Shown: piece by piece, positions 47,236-56,094 of the stretch
Position numbering within the stretch: position 1 is the stretch's first letter
How the letters are laid out: each line of letters opens with the position of its first letter
Assembly (NCBI GenBank): GCA_035368605.1
Contig: DAOSLF010000008.1
Location: 1,964 to 65,963, forward strand
Source: Candidatus Omnitrophota bacterium
GTDB taxonomy: Bacteria; Omnitrophota; Omnitrophia; Omnitrophales; Aquincolibacteriaceae
DNA: 64,000 nucleotides
Direction of reading: 5' to 3'
Notes under the pieces: model-generated
The model's database searches: none
Seen by the model: only the letters and a program-made list of their open reading frames with translations
What the model was told of the DNA's origin: nothing
Program-made: the position numbers and the translations under genes

Positions 47236-50200
47236 TTACGAAACGGTCTCCTCCTGAACCCCGTACGGCTTCCCCGTTTTCGGGTCCAGTTCCCTGAAGC
47301 GCTTGCGGCTGACCGAAAACAGGCTCATCCCGGAACTATCCGGAAGGGGGGGCGGATTAGCGCGAAGGTTTTCGTTAAAATCATAATCCCGGATGGGCGC
47401 AAGATAGTAAGTAGTCCCATAAAAAGCGGGCTCCCCGGTTGTTTTGACCAGCTGCTTCGAATCCCAAATCGCCACAATATTCCCTGAAAAATGAAGTGCA
47501 AACTTGAGATCATCCCTCACATCTTGTGTGCCTCTGTCGTCGTACCATGCTTCCTGAAGATTGATCGTGTTCTCAAGACCGCCGCTGTAGCGCGGTTCCC
47601 AAAGGGCCCCATAAGCTCTCCACGCGTAGTATATTTTGGGATAAGACGAGAAATAGTTATCGGCTTCCTCAGGGCATATTCCCGACCCCAGAAAACCGGC
47701 TGGATTCGTCCAATCTTCAGGATGCCGGTCAAAATCCTGGGGCTCGCCCCCGGGGATGCCTGTCACATGCGGATTGCTTAGCGTCGCTTGGGGATTAGTG
47801 TATACATTCACGGCATCATCACATCGGCATTTCGCCTTCGTCTCCGTAAGACCGGTCCAGTGGGTCTGAGTGGTACAGGTATCCGGAACAACATCCCCCC
47901 CCGGTGTTGTCAGGCATGACTTGGACTGAACATAATAATTCTTAACTTCGCTGTTTTTGATGCACGTGTAATGAACCGGATAATCCGGGCCCGCAGATTT
48001 CCAAAGTTTTCTCCAGTAAACTCCGGGATAATTCGAACCTGCGAATGGCCGGTCGGGGCTTTCCTCCCAATAGAACCGTTGATCCCAAACAGGACCGTCA
48101 GAAACGGTGTCGGTTCCTCTTGTTTCCACAATAGGGAGGGGTTTTGGATCGACCGGATCAAAATATTCTTGCGGCATTCGATGAACGCTGACATCCAGAA
48201 CAGCACCTGGGTTTTCGACACGGGAAGTCTCCACATAATCGGCCGCCCCAAGCAATTTCGTCATGGCGATCGTGGTCGTAGAAACACTTTGAGGGGCAGG
48301 ATGATTGGTCGCCAGGAGAGCGTTAAACTGCGGGCTATTCACCATCATGTTATTTTTGGCTTTGAGCTCCTGGTAGTAATTTCCCGTCCGTTTGAGATTC
48401 CAGATCCCTCGAGAATCGCGCTCAATGTCCTCCCAATGAAAACCATCCGGCGAATAACAAATAGTGGGAGCCCCGTAAAGACACGGGATCGTGTCCGGAT
48501 CAGACGCGCATTGAGCGAGGTTTATAGGCTTCAGCGCAACTGCACCGGGCCTGGTCGCGCAGAGCTCGATCGTTTCGGGATTCGTGTCCCCGCCAGGCCA
48601 AGGCGTGGGCACCGCCTTCACAAGCTGGCTCCGCAGAAAACCCGTAATGACAGCGGCATTCAGGATCACATCTTCCTTCAGGACCCGTGTTCTGTCGGCA
48701 ATCAGCTTCGTTGTCGTATTAATCAGATTTCTTCCGGCGTCTTCAATGCCCATGTTCCAGTTATTGGATAACACTCCAAAACTATCGCTGTAAAGATCGG
48801 CGGAGGGTGGCCTGCATGACGAGTCGGGATTCGCAATATCGGCGAAGGCGCAGCGTTGCCCTGTTTCGGGGTCAGTCACATTATAATCCCCCAGGACCCA
48901 TAATCTCCCGTTCGTCACGACCGACAGCCCTGCCGCAGGCAGTTCCGCCCCGTTGCGGATCCGCACCGCCACCGGCGCCGGTTTCCCGTCTCTCCAGGTG
49001 TCGGGCGATTCCGTGCGGATGTATATTGAAGGGCGGTGCTCCGATGAAAAAGCGATCCCTTCCTCCGACGTAATAGCCCCGAGAAACCGGTGTACGTCTA
49101 TATCCAAAAGGCGCACAGCAGCCCCCAGACGATAATCGTAAAAAGTCCGGAACTCGAGTCCGGAGTTCGGCCAGTCAGCAATAACTCCCGTGGACAGATC
49201 TTTGGTCTTCCAAGAACCGCCGGCCGGATCTTTGATCTTTAGCTGATAACTTCCATCCTTGCAGGAACCGTCGGAATCATCCACCGAGCAGACAAAACGT
49301 ATATTGGCGTACGTTTCGAATTTGTACTTGGCTACCAGGGGAGATTCTCTCCCGTCAAGAGGTTCAATGAGGACATGTGTGTCTAACCGGCCGTCTCCCA
49401 AAGGAAGCGCTTTCCGGGTCACCCCCTGTTTGCGGTCAGCTATCCATAACCCGTGGCCCTCCCCCGGAAATCCGTTCCAGTAAGGATTCACGAAGGGCGG
49501 ATCAGAAACGGGATTTTCAGGCGTCCATTCCTTATGGAGTTTCCGGACACCTGAGCGATCTGACCGGTCAAAGGCCGTGGAAATACTGACCTTTTTATCG
49601 GGGGTGTAGTCCTTGGCATATCCCAGATAAGGAGCATTTCTCAATCTGTGATCGGTGAAGGTCATCGGCGTGGACGGTTTCGAGGCAGACAAAAAATCGA
49701 AGTATTCCGCGACCGCTCCGGTGATCTTCTTGACTTTAATGGTGTGGGACGAAATGCCGCCGTATTCCAATCCATTCGAAAAAGTGTACAGCAGCGGCGG
49801 AGCAGACGTATAGTTAAGGGTCGTCAAAAGGTGGGGCGAGGGATACACCTCGACTCCCCGGAAGGGAGCTCCGGAGCTATAATCGGCACTGTTAAGGGGG
49901 TGGGTCGCCAGGTCTGTCCTGTAGATGCTCTCCTGGACGGCATCCCTGTAGTAGCTGTTTTCCAGAAGATAATTAGGCGCGAGAGTGGTTTTGAAGTAGA
50001 AATAAATATTCCCCGCGCTTCGCAGCGCGTAATACTCGGGGTAACTCACATCATTCGGCATTTTAAACGTCAACGTGGTCCCCTTGCCGTTCATCAGGTA
50101 AACATTCCCGTTTGAAAAAACAGGACCCTGCAGTTCCCAATTGAGCCCGGGCGCGATCTCGAGGTCATCATTGTAAAAAACACCGAAATCAAAGAGCGTT

Positions 50201-50745
50201 CCGGTCCCGACGGAAATTGTCTGTAAATACTCCGACACCGACCCCGACAGCGGATTCGAAACCCGGACGCGGATCTCATAGATCCGTTTGTAAACATCGG
50301 TAAGCGTCGAAGAATCCGCTGTGACGGTCACATCATCCAGCGAGAGATGCTTCATAAAAACTTCATTTCCCCAGAGCGCCTTGAACGGACCGGAAAACCA
50401 TTCGGCAAGCCGTGTCTGGAACCGATCATTGACCCTGGAAACAACCGTCCCGGTATCATCATAAACAAGGCGCCCTGATTCTATAATCGGGGGAAATCCA
50501 TTGGCGCGGGTATAGAAGTAAAACATCCACTGACTCTTATCAATCACGGCCTCCGCGGCCCAGTAAAGACGGATGCGGTCGATCGTCCGCTGCGTCGTCA
50601 GCTGTTGCTGGCCAAGGCTCAGAAAACTCCCCGTCATGACCGCCACCATCGCGATCACGAGCGCAAGCGTCATGATCATGACAAAACCTTTTTGCCGTTT
50701 CATGATGTTCTCTCGCTGAATGTTTCCGCTCAGGGTCTCCCTCAA
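47236..50745 (-). CDS. giant GspK/PilX-like minor (tip) pseudopilin, paralog 3 (1169 aa)
   Basis: N-terminus identical to paralog 2 over about 52 aa. Conserved blocks FDFGVFYNDDLEIAPGLNWELQGPVFSNGNVYLM, YYALRSAGNIYFYFK, FGVLSNNWN, YSGGLENTINLQE, C-terminal LRANPPPLP...FRELDP. Abuts paralog 2 with no intergenic gap. Confidence 0.6.
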   Translation of the reverse strand: MRETLSGNIQRENIMKRQKGFVMIMTLALVIAMVAVMTGSFLSLGQQQLTTQRTIDRIRLYWAAEAVIDKSQWMFYFYTRANGFPPIIESGRLVYDDTGTVVSRVNDRFQTRLAEWFSGPFKALWGNEVFMKHLSLDDVTVTADSSTLTDVYKRIYEIRVRVSNPLSGSVSEYLQTISVGTGTLFDFGVFYNDDLEIAPGLNWELQGPVFSNGNVYLMNGKGTTLTFKMPNDVSYPEYYALRSAGNIYFYFKTTLAPNYLLENSYYRDAVQESIYRTDLATHPLNSADYSSGAPFRGVEVYPSPHLLTTLNYTSAPPLLYTFSNGLEYGGISSHTIKVKKITGAVAEYFDFLSASKPSTPMTFTDHRLRNAPYLGYAKDYTPDKKVSISTAFDRSDRSGVRKLHKEWTPENPVSDPPFVNPYWNGFPGEGHGLWIADRKQGVTRKALPLGDGRLDTHVLIEPLDGRESPLVAKYKFETYANIRFVCSVDDSDGSCKDGSYQLKIKDPAGGSWKTKDLSTGVIADWPNSGLEFRTFYDYRLGAAVRLLDIDVHRFLGAITSEEGIAFSSEHRPSIYIRTESPDTWRDGKPAPVAVRIRNGAELPAAGLSVVTNGRLWVLGDYNVTDPETGQRCAFADIANPDSSCRPPSADLYSDSFGVLSNNWNMGIEDAGRNLINTTTKLIADRTRVLKEDVILNAAVITGFLRSQLVKAVPTPWPGGDTNPETIELCATRPGAVALKPINLAQCASDPDTIPCLYGAPTICYSPDGFHWEDIERDSRGIWNLKRTGNYYQELKAKNNMMVNSPQFNALLATNHPAPQSVSTTTIAMTKLLGAADYVETSRVENPGAVLDVSVHRMPQEYFDPVDPKPLPIVETRGTDTVSDGPVWDQRFYWEESPDRPFAGSNYPGVYWRKLWKSAGPDYPVHYTCIKNSEVKNYYVQSKSCLTTPGGDVVPDTCTTQTHWTGLTETKAKCRCDDAVNVYTNPQATLSNPHVTGIPGGEPQDFDRHPEDWTNPAGFLGSGICPEEADNYFSSYPKIYYAWRAYGALWEPRYSGGLENTINLQEAWYDDRGTQDVRDDLKFALHFSGNIVAIWDSKQLVKTTGEPAFYGTTYYLAPIRDYDFNENLRANPPPLPDSSGMSLFSVSRKRFRELDPKTGKPYGVQEETVS
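50539..50694. repeat. 156-bp direct repeat copy B (5' end of giant paralog 3)
   Basis: See copy A. Flanking sequence on both sides is diverged. Confidence 0.85.
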
Positions 50746-51458
50746 CCGGCACTTGAATGAAGACTGATCGCCCGTGTCGATCCGGGAGTTGAAGCGGGCT
50801 TCTTCCCGCCCAGCACCATCGAACTGGCTTTCAGGCTGATATAGACCAGTTTTTTATCACCCGAGATCTTGAAAACGGGATAGATTCCCTTATCTTCGCA
50901 ATTCGTTTTGGACTTGGCATCCTGAAGGCACAGGTCCCGTGTTTTCTTTTCGGCGTCATCGATGACCCCGTTCCCATCCGCATCCACTGAATCCGCATAA
51001 GGCATCAGCATCCCGGATGAGGAAAGCACCGTTTCGGTCCAGACCGGTTTGTCGGCACCCACGGTATAAACGCACCGCACAACCTTCGCCGGAGTGTTTC
51101 CGGAGGCGAATTTGTACCCGTACCAGACCTCAACAGCATCCGCGCCTTCGCCCACCACGATGCCAAGCCATAATCCCCCCGCCCCGCGGTAAAAGTAAGG
51201 GCTCGAGAGCGAATGACCCTTGGTGAAACCCGTGTCGACCGGCTGCGTGGTTAGCGTCCCGCCCACGATTCCGCCGCGAAGATAGACCTCCGCGTCACGA
51301 AAAATGAAGTCTATCTCGTTCTGCATCCTGGTGTCCGTCTGCGCGATCAGAGAAGTCCCCACCGTCGAAAGGTACAGCGAACTGCCGCCCAGGATCACCA
51401 CCCCCGTGATCACCAGCGCGAGTACCAGTTCCAGAAGCGTCAATCCCCGGTTTTTCAT
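50742..51458 (-). CDS. GspJ/PilW-like minor pseudopilin (module 2)
   Basis: MKNRG|LTLLELVLALVITGVVILGGSSLYL prepilin signal. 238 aa. Overlaps the giant paralog 3 start by 4 bp. Confidence 0.65.
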   Translation of the reverse strand: MKNRGLTLLELVLALVITGVVILGGSSLYLSTVGTSLIAQTDTRMQNEIDFIFRDAEVYLRGGIVGGTLTTQPVDTGFTKGHSLSSPYFYRGAGGLWLGIVVGEGADAVEVWYGYKFASGNTPAKVVRCVYTVGADKPVWTETVLSSSGMLMPYADSVDADGNGVIDDAEKKTRDLCLQDAKSKTNCEDKGIYPVFKISGDKKLVYISLKASSMVLGGKKPASTPGSTRAISLHSSAG

Positions 51459-51461
51459 GGC

Positions 51462-51917
51462 TCACTCCTTGAAAAGAACGGTAACCATGGATTCCTGCTT
51501 GTCGCAGGCACGGCCATCTCCCGAAAGGGCGCAGGAGGTCGTCTGAATCGTCCACGGATAGTCCCAGCCGACCGTCACGCGCACTTCCTTGAGCTCCGTG
51601 GACGACGGTTCCGGATAGACCCCCGTCACGGACATCACGGCGTTCTTCAGCGTCTTGAGGACCTCAGCGTCCTTGATCTCGACCATTGTCACGGTCCCCG
51701 GCGCCACGGTCGCCGTGACCGTCTGGCCGTCCGAGGCCTTGATCTCCGCCAGCTTCCTGTCGATCAGCTGGGCCGCCGCGATCCGCTGTTGCATAAGCAT
51801 GGATGACCGCTTGGTATGGATCGTCGTCCCCAGGAAACCCGCCGCCATCACGCTGATGACCACGACCGCGATCACGACCTCGAGCATCGAAAAACCGCAC
51901 GCTTGCGCTTTTCTCAT
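51462..51917 (-). CDS. GspI/PilV-like minor pseudopilin (module 2)
   Basis: MRKAQACG|FSMLEVVIAVVVISVMAAGFLG prepilin signal. 151 aa. Confidence 0.65.
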   Translation of the reverse strand: MRKAQACGFSMLEVVIAVVVISVMAAGFLGTTIHTKRSSMLMQQRIAAAQLIDRKLAEIKASDGQTVTATVAPGTVTMVEIKDAEVLKTLKNAVMSVTGVYPEPSSTELKEVRVTVGWDYPWTIQTTSCALSGDGRACDKQESMVTVLFKE

Positions 51918-52005
51918 TTCCAGTTCCTCCTGAATTTAAAAACAAACAGCGGTCCCGGACAGAAAGGACCCCGCATGATAACTGTCTTCTTCGTCTGTCT
52001 CATTT

Positions 52006-52398
52006 TCACACTCCGAAATAAACCGTCTTTTTGATGAGGGCCGTGAGCGCCGGCATCGAACCGCTATGTCCTCCTTTTTCCACAACGGGAGGGTTCCCGT
52101 GGCGACGGATATCGGCCAGTTCCTCGCCCGAAACCGAATCGAAAAAAACGATCACGGGGAGGTCCGGCCACCGGCGCCGGATTTCGGCGTAGCATTCCCG
52201 CCCATCCATGACCGGCATCTTGATATCGAGCAGCACGGCATCGGGCCGGGTCCGCGCCATCCTGTCCAGGGCCTCGCTCCCGTTCGCCGCGGACATGACC
52301 TCGAAAGCCGGCCGGGTCTTCCCGTCAAGGTAGTCCCGGACCGTAGCCGCGATCTCCCCTTCATCGTCGACGACCAGGAGCTTGATGATATCAGGCAA
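52006..52398 (-). CDS. response regulator receiver domain protein (TTG start as drawn; may be the C-terminal domain of a frameshifted two-domain protein)
   Basis: LPDIIKLLVVDDEGE...AVLLDIKMPVMDG...VIVF receiver signature. 130 aa. No RBS or ATG at its start. The upstream ORF 52400..52742 reads into it in another frame. Confidence 0.7.
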   Translation of the reverse strand: MPDIIKLLVVDDEGEIAATVRDYLDGKTRPAFEVMSAANGSEALDRMARTRPDAVLLDIKMPVMDGRECYAEIRRRWPDLPVIVFFDSVSGEELADIRRHGNPPVVEKGGHSGSMPALTALIKKTVYFGV

Positions 52399-52836
52399 CG
52401 GAAGCGTTTCGATCCATTTTTTTCAAATCCCGCGGAATCCGGCAGACTGAAACCGGCCCGGAAGACCGGATCCGGTTTCGCGGCGGGGCCTTCCGCCAGA
52501 AAATAGCAGCGAAAGTTCCTGTCGGTCTGCGTCTGGACCCTTATTTTCTGGAGAAGCGGCAGGCTGAGGTATCCCGGCGCGGTAAAAACCATCGAGGGAA
52601 GTTCTTTTGAAAAAAGCGTGAACGCGGAATTCCGGTCACGGGAGAAAAGAACCCGCGCGGGAACATCGGAGAAATATTTTTCGAGGAAGGACGTCCAGGC
52701 GCTTGCCGCTGCCGCGAAGACCGCGATCTTTTTCCGCGCCATCAGAGACCCGGAAAGAAGTTAAGGTTCACACAGGATCTCCCGTTTGTTGTGGTTCACC
52801 GGCGCCCGGGACAAGGCCGCCCCTCACCGGATCGGT

Positions 52837-53262
52837 CTATTTCAGGTTGGGCCAGTATTGCCCATTCTCGGGGTCATAATCGCCGTCGCCGGTCCAGACG
52901 CCCGTTGCCTGAAGTGTCAGGTTACCATTGGTCCGCGAAGCCGTGACATGCCCGGACGCATCGGTGCTGAAGTTCCATCCGTGCCGCGAATCCTCGAAAT
53001 TGATACTGAGAGTATCTTTGATCCCGTCTGCCTCAAGGGCATCGGGATAACGACCGTGCTCATCGTGATACTGGAGGAGCGCGCGATGGATGGGCCCCAT
53101 GATGGCGATGGCTTCCGCGGTAGCGGCTTTTTCCGCATGGCCGAAAAACCGCGGGATCGTGAGCGAAGCAAGGATACCGATGATAACGACCACGATCAGA
53201 AGCTCCGTCAACGTGAACCCTTCATGATTCGCTCCTGGATTCATGGCCATATCTTTTGTCAT
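52837..53262 (-). CDS. type IV pilin / GspG-like major (pseudo)pilin, tandem paralog 4
   Basis: ...NHEG|FTLTELLIVVVIIGILASLTIPRFF prepilin signal with Glu5. Start uncertain (ATG at 53262, 53250 or 53244). Confidence 0.65.
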   Translation of the reverse strand: MTKDMAMNPGANHEGFTLTELLIVVVIIGILASLTIPRFFGHAEKAATAEAIAIMGPIHRALLQYHDEHGRYPDALEADGIKDTLSINFEDSRHGWNFSTDASGHVTASRTNGNLTLQATGVWTGDGDYDPENGQYWPNLK

Positions 53263-53273
53263 GTTAGCCCGGG

Positions 53274-53708
53274 TTACGACGGCCTGTTGGGGTGCGTCCC
53301 GCCCCATGTTCCGTCCTCAATGTCGAGAGTTATGGTTTCGCCAACCTTGCTGTTGTCACCTTTATCGCAGGTGTGGCGAGTCGCCGTAATCGTTCCCAAC
53401 GTTCCGTTCGCAGTAACCGTATAGTTAAAGCATCTTTTGTTGTTGCTGTTCGGGCTTTCGAGTCCGACCTTGAGCCAATTTGTAGTGTCGCCAGTCGTCA
53501 GAGATTGAAACTCGTCATTTTCCAGCTGGTAGGCGAGCTCACCCTGCCGGATCGCACCCATCATATTGATCGCTTCGGCGACGAGGGCTTTTTCCTTCTG
53601 GGGGAAAAACCGCGGCATCGCGATCGCGCCGAGAATACCGAGAATCACGATCACCATGAGAAGCTCCGCCAGCGTGAAACCGCTCTTTCCGGTCCATGAT
53701 TTTTTCAT
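53274..53708 (-). CDS. type IV pilin / GspG-like major (pseudo)pilin, tandem paralog 3
   Basis: MKKSWTGKSG|FTLAELLMVIVILGILGAIAMPRFFPQKEKALVAEAI. 144 aa. Confidence 0.75.
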   Translation of the reverse strand: MKKSWTGKSGFTLAELLMVIVILGILGAIAMPRFFPQKEKALVAEAINMMGAIRQGELAYQLENDEFQSLTTGDTTNWLKVGLESPNSNNKRCFNYTVTANGTLGTITATRHTCDKGDNSKVGETITLDIEDGTWGGTHPNRPS

Positions 53709-53730
53709 AGCGGGCTCCCTTTCGTCCGAA

Positions 53731-54147
53731 TCAGTTTTCGGGCGCGAGCGGATGAATGCCGGTGCCCGTACTGTCCCACGCGCCGTCTTTTAGTTTTAAT
53801 TTGATGACCTTGCCCCCATAGTTTGCATCCGTTCCTCCGCGCGTCGCGACCACCGTACTGTTATCCACGGAATAAGTAAAGCGGGAGGAATCGGGGTCAT
53901 CAAGGCCGATCTTGTTCCAGTCCGCGTCGCCGGAGTTTTGGGTGAGCTCCAGATAATCGCCGTTCTCGAGCCTGTAGGAGAGCTCGGCCTGGCGGATGGC
54001 ATGGAGCATCGCGACGGCCTCGGCCACGATCGCTTTTTCCTTCTGCGGGAAGAATTTCGGCATCGCGATCGCCCCGAGCAGGCCGAGGATCACGACCACC
54101 ATCAGCAGTTCCGCCAGCGTAAAACCTTTTTTGCTGTTTTTCACCAT
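53731..54147 (-). CDS. type IV pilin / GspG-like major (pseudo)pilin, tandem paralog 2
   Basis: MVKNSKKG|FTLAELLMVVVILGLLGAIAMPKFFPQKEKAIVAEAV. 138 aa. Confidence 0.75.
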   Translation of the reverse strand: MVKNSKKGFTLAELLMVVVILGLLGAIAMPKFFPQKEKAIVAEAVAMLHAIRQAELSYRLENGDYLELTQNSGDADWNKIGLDDPDSSRFTYSVDNSTVVATRGGTDANYGGKVIKLKLKDGAWDSTGTGIHPLAPEN

Positions 54148-54211
54148 ATCGCCTGTTTTTTTGAAACCAACAACCTAAAGTTAAAGCCAAAGGGAACAAC
54201 TGCGACCAAAA

Positions 54212-54243
54212 CAAAGGGGCAGTCTGCACGACTGCCCCTTTGA
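54212..54243 (-). terminator. rho-independent terminator after the first pilin gene
   Basis: Hairpin AGGGGCAGTC-tgcacg-ACTGCCCCT followed on the minus strand by ttgttttgg. Confidence 0.5.
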
Positions 54244-54252
54244 AAAGACCTG

Positions 54253-54684
54253 TTACTTTGGCATACACCCTTTTGACGAATCCGTAACAGAAACAGCAGT
54301 AAAATTGCCTGAACAATCAAACCCGGTAGCATCAATAGCAAGCGTAATCGTACTATTCGCGGTGTTCGTCATCTTTGAAGTGGCTTTGCAGTCGCCACCA
54401 TTTGTGCATGTATAGGTAAACGACCCTGACTTTATTTCCCGCAGCCCGAGTTTTGCTAGATTGGTGGTATCATTGTTTGAGCTAATCGCAACACCACCGC
54501 CGCCGGTTGAATCCATGTAAGTTGCCTGGGCACGGCGCAAAGTCCCGAGCATCTGCTGGGCTTCGGCGATGGCGGCGCGTTCCGTCTGCGCGGTCATGCG
54601 GGGAAGGATCAGGGCCGCGAGAATGGCGATGATCACGACCACGATCAGCACTTCAATGAGCGTGAAACCTTTTTTATTCATCAT
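54253..54684 (-). CDS. type IV pilin / GspG-like major (pseudo)pilin, tandem paralog 1 (probably the main expressed pilin)
   Basis: MMNKKG|FTLIEVLIVVVIIAILAALILPRM. 143 aa. GGAG-type RBS. Own terminator downstream. Confidence 0.75.
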   Translation of the reverse strand: MMNKKGFTLIEVLIVVVIIAILAALILPRMTAQTERAAIAEAQQMLGTLRRAQATYMDSTGGGGVAISSNNDTTNLAKLGLREIKSGSFTYTCTNGGDCKATSKMTNTANSTITLAIDATGFDCSGNFTAVSVTDSSKGCMPK

Positions 54685-54747
54685 GGAATTTCTCCTTTGT
54701 TTTTAACAGTGCACCCGTAAAACCTTGCGCCGCGTTTTCCCTATTAC

Positions 54748-56094
54748 TTAACCGCCCATCCCGCCGCGTGTCGAGAGTTCGATGATCGGGAGGAACATGG
54801 AAACGACGATTGTCCCGATCACGACGCCCATGACCACCAGCATCATGGGCTCCAGCATCGTCGTCAACCGGGTCAAAAAAGCGTCAACCCGCTCTTCATA
54901 ATAGGTCCCGATGAGGTCGAGGAACTTCTCGAGCTGTCCCGTCTCCTCCCCGACCGATAAAAGCTGCGTCATGAAGACCGGGAAGACCCGCCGCGCCTCG
55001 AGCTGGGCGCCGAGCCCCTGGCCGCCGCGCACGCCCTGCGCGACCTGTTTGATACCGGCCTCAAGATACGCATTTTCGACGAGCCGGGCGCCGATGTCAA
55101 GTGCCTGGAGGATCTGGACGCCCGATTTGAGGAGCGTGCTCATGCCGCGCGCAAAACGGACCACCGCGATCTGGATCGACATCTCCCCGAAGAACGGAAC
55201 GCGAAGGAACATCATGTGCATGAAAAACCGGATCTCGGGCGAGCGTTTTATGAGGAACCCGAGTATGATGAACGGAACCGGGATGAGGAGCAGGAGAAAG
55301 GCATGATGCCGAACGAGATCGCTCGCGGCGACCACGGCCTGCGTCAGCGCGGGAAGCTCCATTTTCTGCTGTTCGAAAATGGCGCTGAACTTCGGCACGA
55401 TGTAGATCAGCAGGAACGTCAGGGCGCCGATCACCGCGACGGTCAGGATCGACGGATAGAAAAACGCCGTGACGACCTTCGACTGGATGCGGGCCGAGGC
55501 CTCCTGGTATTGGGCGATCTCCTCGAGGCATTCGGGAAGTTTCCCGGTCGATTCGCCGACCTCCACGAGGTTCACCCACACCCACGGAAAAACCCCCTTG
55601 CGCTCGCGGATGGCGTGGCCGAACGAGCTTCCGCCCGAAACCGACTTCGTGATCTTTTCGATGATATTCTGGAAATGAGGGTTCGGAGTTCCGCGCCGGA
55701 CGATCTCGAGGGAACGGATGAGCGGAATGCCGGCCTTGAGGAGCGTCGAGAGCTGAACGGCGAAGAAGATCAGCTCGCGGGTGCTGACGCCTTTCCCGAG
55801 GACAATCGAGGACGTCTTGCGCGCGCGCTTTTTCGGCGCGGGCGCGGGACGCGCGGCGCCGGCCGTCACGAGCTTGGCGGCGCTTTCGAATTCCGCATGG
55901 CCGGGCTGTTTCACCGCGACCACGAGATAGCCCTGGCCGAGCAGACGGTACACGCATTCGTCGATCGACGAGGCCTCGATCGTGACATGTTTCAGTTCGT
56001 TCGGATTATCCCTCAGACGCACCCGGCATTCGTACCGCTCCGGGTGATCTCCGCCGCGAGGGGGCATGCCGGCTTGCGGGTTATTCATAGGCAA
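54748..56094 (-). CDS. type II secretion / type IV pilus inner-membrane platform protein (GspF/PilC family) with N-terminal extension
   Basis: Two T2SSF repeats (LLKAGIPLIRSLEIV...; LLKSGVQILQALDIG...). 3 TM segments. 448 aa. About 90-aa N-terminal extra region. Confidence 0.85.
   Translation of the reverse strand: MPMNNPQAGMPPRGGDHPERYECRVRLRDNPNELKHVTIEASSIDECVYRLLGQGYLVVAVKQPGHAEFESAAKLVTAGAARPAPAPKKRARKTSSIVLGKGVSTRELIFFAVQLSTLLKAGIPLIRSLEIVRRGTPNPHFQNIIEKITKSVSGGSSFGHAIRERKGVFPWVWVNLVEVGESTGKLPECLEEIAQYQEASARIQSKVVTAFFYPSILTVAVIGALTFLLIYIVPKFSAIFEQQKMELPALTQAVVAASDLVRHHAFLLLLIPVPFIILGFLIKRSPEIRFFMHMMFLRVPFFGEMSIQIAVVRFARGMSTLLKSGVQILQALDIGARLVENAYLEAGIKQVAQGVRGGQGLGAQLEARRVFPVFMTQLLSVGEETGQLEKFLDLIGTYYEERVDAFLTRLTTMLEPMMLVVMGVVIGTIVVSMFLPIIELSTRGGMGG

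Noticed and set aside
52152-52399. C-terminal tail of ORF 52152..52742 (Arg/Ser/Pro-rich)
   Set aside because: Alternative-frame read-through across the receiver gene. Interpreted as the consequence of a homopolymer frameshift rather than real protein sequence.
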